DNA of 59,866 nt, filler included, from Sphacelaria rigidula (GCA_964200075.2; 10 parts of 10 records of this genome joined end to end with filler, not necessarily neighbours in it); one strand, 5' to 3'; positions 36,561 through 50,490 are shown, counted from the first letter of the whole stretch. The notes: generated from the letters alone by a model not told the origin. Program-made: numbers and translations.

Positions 36561-39500
36561 GCTATTATTCCCTCTGACACAAAAGTAAAAGAAGGCTCTT
36601 CCAGATATACCAGAACACCCAACAGTGCCTTTCAGACCATTAACTTATTATTCATGCGCATTCTTCCTTTCGTGGTCGTTGGGGAACTGTTGATTTTGAT
36701 GAACGTTTGAGAACGGTTTCCGGAATAAACTCTCGGCAAGTTGCGAGAGCCACAAGCAGTTGTTTGTATCCTTTCGGGCTGTTGGGTTCTGGGCATACTT
36801 GCCCGTTCCACGTCAGCGTAGGGCAAACACCATTTCGAACAGTTCCAGCGCTCTTCTCACGTTGTCATGAAGAAACTCGTCTCCATCTCTCCGGTTCCCC
36901 CGTTATTTTTGTCCGAATTTTCGCTTGATTCGTGCAAACGTTGAATATGGAACGAACCATGACTTTATTCGTCCGAACCCTGTACCATTCACACTACATA
37001 ATAATGGAAGGCCGACGGCGTAATGTACCACCCAGCAGGGCGACAGCAAATCCCAAGCTCCACTGCACTCACAGGCAAAACCTCCTTTTCCACCCCCCTC
37101 CTACGCAGACTTCCCGTGCCATTAGGTATACCGTAGATGCTAATACGTGGTGTACCATCCAGGGCAAGAGTAAATCCTAAGCTCGGCTGCGTTCACCAGC
37201 GACATCCCCCTCTTTTCCGCTCTCCGACCACGTAGATTCCCCGCGCCCGCCGTATACTACCCAGACCGAAAGTAAATCTCAAGCTAGACTGCCTCGACAA
37301 GCAAGCCCTCCCCCTTATCCGCCCTTCACGAGCAAACCCTCCTCCCTTTCCGCCCTGTCCCTACCCAGATTTTCCCTGCCGCTAGGTGATGTACGTGGTA
37401 TACCACCCAGGGCGTTCGTGGCTCTCATGGCCATCATGCAGGTGATGATTCATGTTCCCAAGGAAAGGTTGATGCCCAGGTGGATCGAGATGTTGTACAT
37501 CTCCGGACGATGCTGAGATCATATTTTTGATATAGACACCGAAACTCAGTGTTGATGTTTGACAATTTTCTGTCTCGATGAGTGCAGACTTGCTTTGCGC
37601 ACTGGTTTGACTCGATTGATGAGCAGAAAATCGTCTGCCGTTTTGTAAGTGTGAGGAGAGCGGGACACCGCGACTTGACTTGACTGTGGAATGGTGTCGG
37701 TAAAATTGCACAGAGTGAAGTGAGTGAAGAGTGTTGAGAACATGTTTTGACATGGATGCCGAAACTCAACGCTGATGTGTAACATTGTTGCCACCCCGAT
37801 GAGCGCAGGACTGTGGTGCACCACACCCTTACTCGATCGGTTGAGATGGAACCTTGTTGGTCGCCTTGGTGAGTACAGGCACGTGGGGCTCCATGATCTG
37901 ACTAGACCAGAGGGTGATGTCGGTAAAACGTTCCGCAGAGGGGTAAGCGGATGAACGATGGTTGAGACCACCAAATTTGAGGTGGGTTCCGAAACTCGAC
38001 ATCTAAGTGAAAAAACTTGTTATCATTCCGGGAGGTGTAGGATTCGCGAGGCATTGGCTTATTGACTGGATTGCTTGGTAAGACTTCGTTGTTATGATAG
38101 GAACAGGGACTGAGTATAGCGCAATACTAGTAGCTTGGCCTGATCATGATAATTTCGGAAGAGTGACTGTGGGCACAAATGAAATTCCTGTGCTACAGGT
38201 CAGCAAAACGCATGTGATCCATATTTGATGGCTAATAGATACAGCTGACGTTATGTGCGAGATGCGGTTTATGTGCACAGCATGATAAAAGAAGAGTGCC
38301 TTGTATCACCCATATGGGAGCTGGTTGTTACTCGGTCGGCTGGCCTGGCGAATTCCACACAGGTTTACACATGTTGGCACGGCATATAAAAAGTCAGAGT
38401 GTACTGTTTCATGCAACCAGGATGCTAGCGGCCGAAATGCCGTTTGATCCATGTGTGGTATATGAGCGAGAAGTGAAGAGTTGAAATAATGGTGCTGGGT
38501 CCGGGTATAATATATGGGTGTGCGTTCGCAACTGCCGTAACGCGACACCACAGTACGGTACGTGGTAAAAGTATGTTCATCGGTTGGTGATTGACGCGCC
38601 TGAGTAACATGGATATTCATACTTTTCCTTTCTGTTGTCCCACTGCCCATTCCCCTCGGGTCTACACGATATGTGAGACGCTGAGCCTCCAAAAACCATT
38701 TTTATCCGACACAGGTGCTGTCTGTAAGGCTGAGACGAGCACGATGTGACGGTTGGTTTTGGAGGACGGTGACCGACCAGGATCAAGATCAGCCCCTCGC
38801 TGCAAATCTCCCCGCAACGTGGGAAGGATGATGAATGCAGCACTCCTTCCCCGTGGCTTAGAAGCGGGGGAGAGGAAGACTTTGATTAGCAAGAATTGGG
38901 GGGGGGGGGGGGGCTAATGCTGATCGTGTGTTATGCCTGAAAGCGTTGAGCTGCTTTGCTCCGCCGGTCACCGAACGGGAATAAGGGGTTAAGTAGATGT
39001 AGTGAGTGTCTAGTTTGGTTTGATGACGTAGGCACTACTGTAGTATGGATTGCTGAATTTGAATTTTGAAATTTGATTCTTGTACTGTAGGCAGCTGACT
39101 GACTGTGGAGTGGATTTTGCAACATGTGATCCGAGTTTCGAAACTTGTCAACTGCACTGTGTTGTGCGGGTTCATATATGTTACCTAGGAGCTTGGTCTC
39201 GCGTGCGTAGTGCAGGTTACTCGAATGCTAAGTACGACCACCCACGCTATTGTAAGGGGTATGGGCTAGTACAGTTGAAGAATTTGACTTGCGTTTCGCT
39301 TGGGTTGACCATCAGGAGCTGCAGTATGGTAAAACACACAGCTCATCCATCCCTGTTTTTTTTGTCTTGGTGTGAAAAGAAATGTACGGATGTATTTGAT
39401 TCTTGGCTGGTCCCATAGTCGTTAAAAGAAGTGACAAGTTGCGGAATTTACTATGGTTTTACGGTTGCTGATGAAATTCATTTCTTGAGAGGATACACCT

Positions 39501-39969
39501 ACCTGTTGAATGCGCCGTGAGCGGGATAGTTCTTTGTCCGGTGGGTAGTTCTGTTCACTGAGCAGGGTCCTTGAACCTTACTTTTGACACCGCAGTCAAT
39601 GGGGGGGTGTTCGTAGGATAGCCTGCGGTGGTCAGTAAGATACACCTAGCCAGGGTAAGGTACAAAAGTCTAGTGATATACCTGTTTGAGTTCCGGGTAC
39701 TACGCGGGATGACTTTATATTGTGATGTTCGTGACTGGACATACGTGGGTGGTGCTCGTCGCATGTTGGGACCTTGATCCCAACTGCGATCACTCCCCTT
39801 CCTTCCCTCTTCATCAACAAAGCTTTATATACATTTCTACCTCATCTTGATCGGCAGTGAGCCGTGTCCATTGATCGACTATCGCAGTCGTGTCCATTGG
39901 TCGACTATCTGAGTCGAGTCTGCACCCCATCCTCTCACGGGGTCACGAAGCTACAGTCTCTTGTCTAGG

Positions 39970-40350
39970 GCGCTGACCAACGCAAAGATCGATCCCTCTC
40001 TCCCTCTGTTTTTGGACAAGACGCGCCTCTGTGCGTTGCAGAACACGTCGTCGAGAAGCAGGGCGATGTTCCCGTCACCAATACTGTTATCACACACACA
40101 CACACACACACATGCGAGCAAGCACAGTGTTGCGGCAATAAGATCTAATAATCGCAACTTGGGGGGTGTCGCTGTCATCGTTGGTTTTATCCGACCTCTG
40201 CACCAATTTGTGCACAACAAGGACAAGAGTCTATCATTCCCCAGTTGGGGGGATGTATGAGACACCAAACACTCGTCAAAACCTTCTCGGCAGGCGGAGT
40301 GAGAAAAGGTACCTCTGGTTGTGATCTAACTGTTGCTGGCGTGACCCATA
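39970..40350. repeat. Dispersed repeat family D
   Basis: Colinear with 29986-30285 and 47790-47874. Confidence 0.85.
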
Positions 40351-40950
40351 CATTTTGATTTAGGGACTGTTTTTACTAGTACGATAATATACGAGAACAC
40401 CGAGTATCTTGCCATTCAGCCTGCTGTCTGTGTGCTGAATTGCTTTGCGTTCCCAGAAAGAGATCGCGGTCGGTGTGTGTTCACCGCTTGGCGTATGTTG
40501 ATTTCTGGCGGGATGGTAATGATTGCATTCGCCTATTATGTTGAGCAGTATGTTTTTTATGCGACGATGTTCCAGCTGTTATCGTACTGCGTAGGGAGGG
40601 TTGTCAGCGCCACGAAGATCTACCGGAAAGGGTAGTGCGGGGAAATTGATCATATTCCAAACTTATACGAAAAGTCGTAATCCATTTCCCAAAGTGAACT
40701 TTTTGGCCCTTTTAGTAGGTGAATTACTGTTAATCTTTTCCATAAACTTTGCTACATGCGTAAAATAGGATTAAATTCCGGATGGTTTATGGTTATTCAG
40801 ATCGTCGGTCGCGAATCACGTCTACTTCAAAGTGCCCGTTTTGGGGGGTGGTAAAATCCGTGACACTAGTCCATGACCCATTGCGTCAAACAGGGCGCTG
40901 AACAACTGTGTCCGTGTCGTCTTTTCCGCAGGACGCTGTTGCAGGAAGCA

Positions 40951-41191
40951 ATGCGGCGACAGGCCGGGGCAATCTCGGCAGCAATCGTCTATTACTACTA
41001 TACATTACATGTCGGGGTAGTTGTCAGTGCATTCTTTTGTGGTCAGCCCGGGTTGTTGTTGCCAACAGCGAGGCCTTCCAAAGCAACAACATCTCGTCAG
41101 ATCACAATGCTGCGGCGTCGTCCCCCAAATGGGCTGGGTAGCTGGAGGGTTGAAAGTGTCCTCGACAACGGCCAAGAGGATCAGCCCAACA
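40951..41191 (+). CDS. Probable first exon of a plastid-targeted protein of unknown function
   Basis: MRRQAGAISAAIVYYYYTLHVGVVVSA-FFCGQP (signal peptide + SAF cleavage motif), then an S/T/R-rich transit-like stretch; GTATGT donor at 41192. Confidence 0.5.
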
Positions 41192-41878
41192 GTATGTTTG
41201 TGTTTCTGTTCGACGACGGTTCCGGTGAGAATATTCCAGGACGTGACGGGGGGGAAAGGGGGTCGTTGAGTTTGAGGGTTGCAAGGTTTGTGGCAATCTT
41301 GTGTTCGGTATTACGGATTATGAAACTAGACTGCGTATTTTAAAATGTCCCCATCAATCGGACGTTGTTCGTCATCTTGTGTCAGAGTGAAAGATCTTTC
41401 GAAGCGTACTGACTGTACTTGTGCAGCCTGCGTTGGAAAGAGTTTTGCCTTGCAATGCTTGTTGCAGAGGGTCTCGCTCCTCTTTGTTGCAGCCATCAGG
41501 GTTTGTGAGCTTGGGATCATAAGTGATTCTCGCTGTTGTCTGTATCATTGGCGCAACTTTTACCGCGATTGCGGGTTGACGTTGCACGTGCCTGTTTTTT
41601 GGTCCGCATCTTCTTTTTTTTTATCGGTCGAACGCCGCAATACCGTGAATGTTCTGTCCTGCTCTCTAATCCATGTACCGTACGAGTACGCAGAGCGACA
41701 CGATTTCAGCCACGGCTGCCCCTAACTCTTCGACTCGCAGCAATACAGTAGTTTTGTTTATGTTCCCGTGAGTGAGCACGGGGGGGGGGGGGGTTAAACC
41801 TTTTCAATGGAGGGGGTCATTATCCAGCGTGGGTTCGCGCAACAGCCCAAAAATATAGGGGGTAAAGTATGCACAATA

Positions 41879-41978
41879 NNNNNNNNNNNNNNNNNNNNNN
41901 NNNNNNNNNNNNNNNNNNNNNNTTAATTAATTAANNNNNNNNNNNNNNNNNNNNNNNNNNNNNNNNNNNNNNNNNNNN
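41879..41978. other. Artificial contig spacer
   Basis: N44-TTAATTAATTAA-N44. Confidence 0.98.
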
Positions 41979-42131
41979 TAATGTATGGGGAAAACGTAGT
42001 GAGCTGCTGAAGGAACGTAATGAGCGCCGGAATGTTGGAGGTGTCTTTGTTAGGAGTAGAAACGGTGCTCCGTCTCGAAAAATATGCGTGGTCAATGGTC
42101 AAACGATCGAGGCAAGCAACAAACGAGTACG
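41979..42131 (+). mobile_element. LINE 3'-end fragment followed by a C7 run
   Basis: Matches the reverse complement of 19965-20110; ends GAGTACG|CCCCCCC. Confidence 0.88.
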
Positions 42132-42489
42132 CCCCCCCTCCTACCCCCCTGAGAGGTCCAAATTAAAAGTGGGACATGGGTGCGCGTTTTTGTTTTTTCG
42201 TGCACCGTTGGAGATGTCATTTGTTTTACTGCTTGGTATCGACTTTTTTCCCCTCCCGCTTTACCGCACTTCGTGAAAAAACAGTTTTTGTCGGGTCCAT
42301 TTATGGGCGCGTCTACATCGCGATGCCCGGGGGACATGTGATTTCGGAATCAACTACACATCGTGGTTTTGAGACCCCTGTCTGAGCGCTGATTCTAACC
42401 ACCGCCCCTCCTCCATATCCCGAATTGACTTTCTCATGTTCGTTGCCGCCGGCCGTCTCTACCTTGTCCACTGTTTATTTCGGTCGCAG

Positions 42490-43143
42490 CGTTCGACGTT
42501 CAATCGGATGAACGAGCTGTTCTTCATCACGAAGCCCGGCCAGCAGAAGATCGTATACCCTGAAATTCTCTTGTGGCGAAAATACAGGGTATACAACACG
42601 CCTAGAGAGGCTGTGGATTCGATACCGCAAGAAATCCTGCATCAGCAATGTATTCGCATGGTCTTGGTCGCATCGAACAGACAACTCAGGCGCCTCGTAC
42701 AACCCGGCAGGGAAGCCTGCCAGCCGGAAGCGACCCTGTAGTTGGAGGTCTCAGACACGTGCCCATTCTACCCTTTGGAATGGGATACGGTCGGGGAGGG
42801 CGTTGTGATGGGGATCAGGTCAAAACTACCGCACAACGGCCCCAGAGACTCGTACACTACCGCTGCGATAGGCGGCGCAGATGGTACGCAGCATGTTGTA
42901 ATAGCCAGTGTGCAAGAGAGTCGAGAGAGGAAAGGGAGGCTCACCGCGAAGCAGCCTATCGCGGTCACTCTCGGGGATCTGGTCGTGGGTGGATCGGGAT
43001 TCGAGCAAAGGTGGCTGAGGGCCAGACGCGACACGGGTCGAGAGGGGTTGGAGAACGAGGTAGCCCCCGATGATGACCATGATGACGGTGATACTGGAAG
43101 TGATGGCGATGGTGATGATGGTGGTGATGGCAATAGCAACTAG
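42490..43143 (+). pseudogene. Exon-like 218-codon frame of unknown family with one internal TAG
   Basis: CAG acceptor after a pyrimidine tract; ORFs 42436-42741 and 42742-43143 are in the same frame, separated by TAG 42739-42741; ends in a D/G-rich tract. Confidence 0.45.
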
Positions 43144-43864
43144 TGATGACGCTGGGGTCTCGAGTTGTAGTGGCGCAGTTGGAGAGTGAAAGCATTAGGT
43201 TCATATGGAGGTCGGGATGCGGGCGCGAACGTACGGTTAAGGGCGGGGTCGAGATGCTGTCATGTAGCATGATGCGGTGTTGCGATGGTGTGTATGGTGG
43301 GACCGTGTGAAGCGACCTTGAGGGTGGATGCCAACGGTTTCTCTTTCGACAGAGACATCGCCGCCTCATATATGCTCGAACTGGATTGGAAAGCTCGACG
43401 GGTATTTGCAGCACGGTTGAGTCGTGCAATAAAGTATTCACGTTGTGCATCGACCGTCGATTCTTCAGGACAGTGGACGCCCAATCATCCGCTCGGCACA
43501 TCACTGCGTTGGTAGTGATATCCCCCCACCACGTCACTGACAGCACGTTACTGACCTTACTGACAGCAACTTGACGCCCGACATTTTTGTCTGGACACGA
43601 GCCTCGACATGAACAACAGTGAAAACATTCGTCGACAATCAAACAAACGTTGTTGTGCTCCGTCGCCCGCAGCTAACCAGGGATGGGCGGCATGGGAAAC
43701 CACGGACGCACTTCCTACTCCTCCTCAAAACTGCGCATCAGCAGTGTCGTGCGGTACTCCTGAGGGCTTTTCGTCATTCAACGGCTGGGGTCCTCAAACC
43801 TCATTTTATTGATGAATCTCATTTTATAGAATCCCCTGTTCACTATCATCCTCGAAATCGAGGT

Positions 43865-44318
43865 GACTTCACCACTTGATAGTTGACAGATATTACTCGG
43901 AAATTTATGGTTTGCGCAGATGCTGATGCATTTCGAAGAACCCTAACCCTAACCCTAACCCTAACCCTAACTCCAACGGAAACATACCGAGAACCCTCGG
44001 GCACGGGGTGTGCAACGTGTTCCCTAAGCGAAGAATGCGTTGCCAGACGATCATGACGAAAACGCGTTCTGCGCACGCTAGGAGCACGCCAGGAGCACAG
44101 CCCCCTTTAACCCTCAGACAGCGGTGTTGGTAGTCCATTTGGATCACGCATATATACGTTTTCCAAGTGAGTATCGATGCCGATTCAGCAGGTGACCTAC
44201 CCTCAGGGACAAAGGGTTGAAGATCCGGATTTCGACGTCTACACTAAAGTCCAATACTGCACCTGTCCAATAGCGGTAATTTTCCGAGAACTACCTTGAA
44301 CTACCAAGTGGTGAAGTC
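43865..44318. mobile_element. MITE-like element with ~40-bp imperfect TIRs and internal (AACCCT)5
   Basis: GACTTCACCACTTGATAGTT...CTCGGAAA is inverted at 44281-44318; telomeric repeats at 43939-43968. Confidence 0.75.
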
Positions 44319-46582
44319 TTCTGTCAATATCGAGGTCTTGACTGAGAACGATTGCCAGGGATATCAGGTCCCAAAGGAAACTCTAAAACCCCTAACGAGT
44401 TTGTTTTTTGGGGATAACGTCGTCAAACAGACACCAAACGCATCATGCTCCAAGGGGCACCTGGACACAGAGCCGTTGCCACTGCCTACCTAGTATCATT
44501 CTCCAAATCGAAGTCTTGAGTGAGAAGCCCAGCGTTTGGTGCCCATGTACGATAAAGGATGTTCTTCATCTAGTATCATGCTCCAAAACGTAACTGACAA
44601 GGGGGCAACACCCCCTTTCAGACAGTAGCAATGCCATTGGATCCTACGTCCTGAAAATCTGTGACATTCTGATAGCCGGCGAAGTGGTGATGGTAGTGTC
44701 CTCCTAGCGATGTCAACTTACGGTGCACTGGAGCAGAGTTTGCGGGTTAATATTTCGGCGATTGCACCTCACCCACAGAGATGTTGTTGATTTTTTCTCG
44801 ATATCACCAAGTAACATTATTACATACATGTACAGGAGGAAACATACAAGACCCTACGTCACATTATAAGTCGAGATGTATCAGACCCTGCATTATATAT
44901 GGAAAACGTACCCAACCGCGGACAAAATATTTTTACAGTCAGTACGAACACGATGTTGAGAGTGTATTGCACAAAGTCAGTGTGTTGTCCCATCTTTTCT
45001 GGACGCCCGTCTCCACCTTTCGGTATATGTGGGCGCACCAGCCGCGGCTGTGTTACCATGCAGCTTCGCCCAATATACAGGCAGCTGCTACTGCGGCAGA
45101 GGCGGCCTTTGACTCCTGCGTGCACCACCTGGGGCAAACACACGCTGTAGCTGCAACACGGACAACTTTACAAAATGTGACGTAGCGATATACTGTAGCG
45201 CGTGGCGTGATATCCTGCAAACACGTTCGCCGCAGATACGAGCGGGTGCACTCACGGTGTGGCGAACTGCATAGTAGGACAACCCGCGAAATCAATGCAG
45301 GGCAGGGATATGGTAAGGGTATCACATCTTGCGGTGTGCTTTACCCTGCACCCTATTGCTGTGCAGTGAGCAGGTAGTACCGCCGCAGGCGTCACGATGC
45401 GATTGGTACACAGTAGTGTCGGCTCCACACCCGTAGGGTAACCTCTGCATTGGATTCAATAAAACGCATTGAATCAAATTACACGCGCGGAGCGCGTTAT
45501 TTTCGAGCAGCACGCGCGCTAGCGTTTTCCGTGTTGTCGACATCGTGCCAGCGCGCTTGTGCACTAAAGCGCTGTACTTCCCTGTGGCAGCCCGTCACGG
45601 TAGTGCTCCTCATGTTTCATCACGCTTTATTCGAAAACACGCAGAAGAAATACCAGCGAGTTCATCGTTGATGCACTACTTGGAGGTGTGGTGTTCTAGT
45701 TTTTCTATAGAGCCCCCGCATGCTGCGTGTTGTACCAAATAGTATACACCGTACCAGTTCAAAAACGGCTATACATTACTGTATACATACGCCGCCGACA
45801 TGTTCTGGTCATCATGAACTGTGTACGAGGCGCGGGAAGCGTAGTCTTTTTCAAGGAACGCAAGGACGCAACCATACTGCAGTACAGGCAGCATGAAACA
45901 CGTGATTCGAACGAGACACAAGACGAAGCATTTACATTGTCGTGATGAACACCTGGGCGTTTTTGTATCGAAGCGAGTCCACCAGTCACTCCACTACCTA
46001 CCGTACGAAGGTAGCAAGGGGTGGACGAATCAATGATTCGTCCGGAAACTATCCGATTTTCAGTGTAATTGATTTGTACCTTATGAATCAATCCTTAGGC
46101 TTTGTTTTCAGCTTTACAACCCAGGTACGCGTAGCCCAGGCACGTGGAATGACGCAAAAGTTGCGTGGAAACCTGTTTGATCAGCGGTCGACTTTTTTCT
46201 CTCTTTCAAGCAATTAGGCCCAAGAAAGCGTGGATTTGGTGATTCGAATCGGCTATCATTCGTCCGATACGTGGAAGATAGATACCACGTGTAAATTGCG
46301 CAAAACGTTACGGGCAGATCTTGTCACTTCAGAGTGGAAGAGCCCAGCCGACACTACTCCGGTTTCACCGCCGAAATCCGAGACGGCAACGCCACGAACA
46401 CCGAAATAAAACGAAGTTGGAAGCGCCCTGGACACAGGGCAATCTATTAAAAAAACGTTTCAGAACCCTGGACTGTCGCCATGCAGCGGCCAGCGGCCGG
46501 ACACGAGGAAGGAGCACGATCTCTCTGGGCGTCCATCAATTGTGATGAGCAAACAGCTTGTATGCGGAAAGGGGTCGTGAGC

Positions 46583-46868
46583 AACAACGTTCTCGTGAGA
46601 TTGAGAGTAGAGCGCTGATTGAGAGTGGCATTGATCATTCGCCAACTTTTTATTCCATGTGTGCGTTTTTTGCCTGTATTGTTGGCGTGTGCTTACAGCT
46701 ACGCGTCGATATCCTACTCAGGAGTATGAAGGGCCTCAGTGGCAAGCTACTACAGGAAACATATTGGGCCTTGTGGAGGGGCAATTCGGCACTGAAACGA
46801 TTCATTCACTAATAGATCACTTTTCAATCTCAGTCGTATCCACTACTCGATCTCACGAAAACATTGTT
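46583..46868. mobile_element. Second copy of the MITE at 1922-2223, with GAGC TSD
   Basis: AACAACGTT...AACATTGTT flanked by GAGC (46579-46582 and 46869-46872). Confidence 0.88.
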
Positions 46869-47874
46869 GAGCGTGGATACCTTGGCATGCCAAAACAATT
46901 GGATATTTCCGTGTGATGGGCCACTCATCGCGTATCTTTCCATGAAAGGTAGAGGCTGTTGTGAACACACGAAGCGTGCCGTACTGTAGGGCGCATGAAG
47001 ACATCCGCACTATACGAGCGGAGCCAAGGATCTGTCGAGCGATTTTTTTCTGACACGGAGCCCTCCCCCCCTCCCCGCCCCCGGAGGGCATTTTTTCGAA
47101 AAGTGTCATCGTTTTTTTATTCTTCTTGTCGATGTTGTTGAAAGATATTTGTGGTCCCCTCGTCCTGAAAAATCTGTTTTCGATTATAATTGGTGTTCAA
47201 AAACACCCCACCGGCGTTTCGAAGACGTACGTCAAAACGTCCCTCACTCTCACGTAATGCGTCGTACACCATGCACCTTCAAAGGTCACGGCGAAAATGC
47301 ACTCATCTCTCGAAGGCGGGACCCGAAGGTGGTAGTTGCACATTATGAGCACATACCGTATCGCCTTCCCAGGTTCTCGCCCGCTCTTCCCTACCGTTAT
47401 CATTCCTCGCCAACGCCAATTAACAGCGAATCCCAGAAAATGGGGTTGATACAAAATATGGGGTTGAAGTGGCATTTCTCCTTGCAGGGAAGACGCGAAA
47501 CACTAGCGACCTAGGGAAGCCATCTTCCCCCCCAAATGTCCGCAGTAGTTGAGCAGCTGTGGCTAGGTGCTCCTAACGAATGCGGTGTACACGCGTTTCC
47601 ATGACGATATCACCAGAGAGAGAAGCAACGACAGAGAGGAAGCTCCTCGCCCGCGTCCTTTGCGTGTCCCCGCTCGGCGTTTACCAAACTCTCGAGAGAC
47701 TGGCATCATCGATCTTACCAGCATGTGCCAAATTTTTCATGCCCCAAAACACCAAGCTGCGGAGACATTCCGTCGTCTCTTCTTGCCTGTAGCCAACGCG
47801 AACATCGATTTCTCTCTGCCTCTCCTTTTGGACAGGACGCGCCTCTGTGCGCTGAAAAACATGTCGTTGAAAAA

Positions 47875-47974
47875 NNNNNNNNNNNNNNNNNNNNNNNNNN
47901 NNNNNNNNNNNNNNNNNNTTAATTAATTAANNNNNNNNNNNNNNNNNNNNNNNNNNNNNNNNNNNNNNNNNNNN
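47875..47974. other. Artificial contig spacer
   Basis: N44-TTAATTAATTAA-N44. Confidence 0.98.
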
Positions 47975-48719
47975 GGGTCTGTATACATGTGTAACGTCAG
48001 TCTCTGATATGTCACTGCAAAGAGATATCTCCCATACATGTCTGAATTGAACACAGGTCACACACCGCCATCTCTGTACCGGATGGAGAAAACTAAAGTC
48101 GTATATGGTCATCCTTGAGCGGGGGAGGGTATCGAGGGAAAAAACTTCACGTTTTTGTCTTCAAAACAGGGACATATCCCACATGATCACTGTGAACCGG
48201 ATGAGGAGAGCGAGTACCATACATGACCGTATTTGTACCGGTTCAGGAACGTAGGCACGTGAAAAATAACACGTGAAAAACCGGTCATGTATACTCTAAT
48301 ATATCAATGCAAGGGGAAGCACATCGCATCGTGGTTCTATTCGTGGTATCATTATTTTGCTCAACATGAATGAAATAATCTTGTCTTCAGGACACCGACA
48401 ACGGTTTTCAATCGTTATCTTCCCTCCTCGTGTTCTCAATGCTCTCCATCTCTCCCCCCCTCATGAGGATGTTTATACATGCATATATCGACAGTGGGGC
48501 AGCGCGTCCTGATTTCGTGAAGAGTGTTCACGCTGCCTGAACATGCGAACTAGCACATTTTTGATTCTACAATATCAACCAACCACACGAGGCTTCTCTT
48601 CATCATGGCAACATTGACGTCAACGAATGTCCGCGCGTCGTGAGCTAGCTGCTATATACACACTGCCATGATCATCATGCTGCCTGCACCCCTAACCGAC
48701 GCGATTGTTTTCACCTCAG

Positions 48720-49142
48720 GTCACCGTCAAGGTTTTCAACAAGAACGACGATGACTGTAACTACTACAACACCGAGCAACATGACGACGATACGGCGTCA
48801 GCTCGCATCAAAACAGAGCTGGCGACGTGTCTCCGCTTGCACCGCGGCCTCCACTCCCCTCAAGATGGCTACGACCGCGACCTGCGTCACCTCATCCGAC
48901 TCCGCAACGTCCTCACCGACGCTCCCATTGAAGACGACGCTCTACACCCCGATCAGCCTTCGACTTCACCTCCTCAATATAGCGCGACCGTTTTAATATA
49001 CGATTGGGCCGGCGAGGTCGATGCGCGTGCTCTGATGGCTAGTGGCGTCGTTGGCCGAGCGGGAGCCATGGGGCTGTTTCGACAGGTGCTGTACGGACTG
49101 CGGGCGCTCCATCGAAGACAGATCGTGCACAGGGATATCAAG
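48720..49142 (+). CDS. Ser/Thr protein kinase internal exon (subdomains II-VIb)
   Basis: CTAAC branch site, CAG acceptor, AAG|GT donor, 141 codons; VTVKVF...E...LFRQVLYGLRALHRRQIVHRDIK. Confidence 0.9.
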
Positions 49143-49299
49143 GTATCACCACAGTGCTACTGTAGATGCATACGAGAGAGTCACTTTGGGCCTGGGACTT
49201 ACTGCCTCCAAACGTGAAATGGAGCAATTTGCGAGGGTCAAAAGTTTGGAGCGGCAAATATAGTTAACTGATGAATGAAACCGACTGATGGATGTGTAT

Positions 49300-49420
49300 G
49301 GATGTATGGATTGATTGATCGATTGATTAATTGGTCGATCGATAGATTGTCACACATTCAACTGATGCCCAAGGGATTCCGCCTTGGTCATCACCCATAA
49401 GATGGACGTGCCCCAGGTAA
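49300..49420 (-). mobile_element. Family B 3' end with a (GATT)n tail
   Basis: (GATT)n followed by TTGTC...TTCAACTGA..CCCAAGG...GACGTGCCC, the reverse complement of 14475-14553. Confidence 0.6.
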
Positions 49421-50219
49421 ACATACAGGCTGGTTCAGATTGTATACCCAAAATTTATTCCCCGGCTGATGACGAACGCAATACCCAGCCAGTATGCACA
49501 AATGTGGTATCATACTGACTGCAATGAAAAGACAAATAGGGTGACATAGCCAGATTTTGTTCAAGGCTAAAGTGGTGGCGCTATGGACAAAAATATGTCT
49601 CAACCAATCAGCGCCTTTCAAGCTGTTCCGAAATTGGAAACACGAATTCCAAGCCCAATTTCCACCCAATGTCCACATGGTTCAAATCGTAGAAACCGTC
49701 ATCAGCTTGGGAATCTAACGGGAGAAACAGAGTTTAAAACGATCTCAACAACGTCGAATTTTGCCCGAAATCGTTATGTTTCGGTGATGTGGAGCTTTGG
49801 CGTCGTCTGATTTCCACTCATGGTACGTACGAAAGACCCACGGAGCCTCGTGACGATTTCCCTTTTATCTGTTGTAGAAAAGCTCGAATCATCCCCAAAC
49901 TTTGTAGTTCCGTAGGTATTGATGCTTTGAATGGAAAAATTGTATTCTTGGCAAGATTTCAATTTTTCTCCGTCCTGTACCGGCTTCTGGGGGTCCCAGC
50001 ATAAATACCCCCCGGAAACCGGTACAGAATGCCTCAACACCAAAAGTTTGACGTCTTAAGGTTAGGTGGTATCCCAAAGGACATGTGTATCAATTCTCGT
50101 TGCTCAACTCGAAGCGCTGAATCGGCTGGGTCTTTAACGAAAAAAACAACCCTTGAAAAGGGCGATTCTGCACTCGAATCAAGTAATCAGAGGGGCACGC
50201 AGACTTCAGCGCACGTTTT

Positions 50220-50490
50220 GGCATTTTCTCACGCCATTTTTTCGAGGTACACCACGAAAATTTGCACACGTGTTCTGGAGGGCACCACCTGAAACTCGAA
50301 GACCGTTTTTATTTTATTTTTCAAGTTGGTGGCTTTTTATCCAAGGTTGCGCGGTTGGGTCTGATGCCGACTATCTCGACACCAAAACTCGGAATAAAAA
50401 ACCCCGGTCTTCGAGTTTTAGATAGTGCCCTCGAGAACAGGTGTGCAAATATTCGTGGTCTAACTCGAAAAAACGCCGTGAGGAAATGCC
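50220..50490. repeat. Inverted repeat with ~90-bp arms and ~80-bp loop
   Basis: 50220-50313 pairs with 50393-50490 with scattered mismatches. Confidence 0.88.

Noticed and set aside
37400..38000. Another decayed LTR integrase on the minus strand
   Set aside because: Only a vague HH...GV..ML resemblance; no convincing core motif.
33090..42741. TAG recoding or readthrough (in-frame TAGs at 33090 and 42739)
   Set aside because: TAG terminates the DUF1749 and ALDH exons in this window, and the SULT copy has a second lesion; pseudogenisation is simpler.
43939..43968. True telomere (also 26821-26851)
   Set aside because: Only about 5 units, internal to a TIR-bounded element and not at a contig end.
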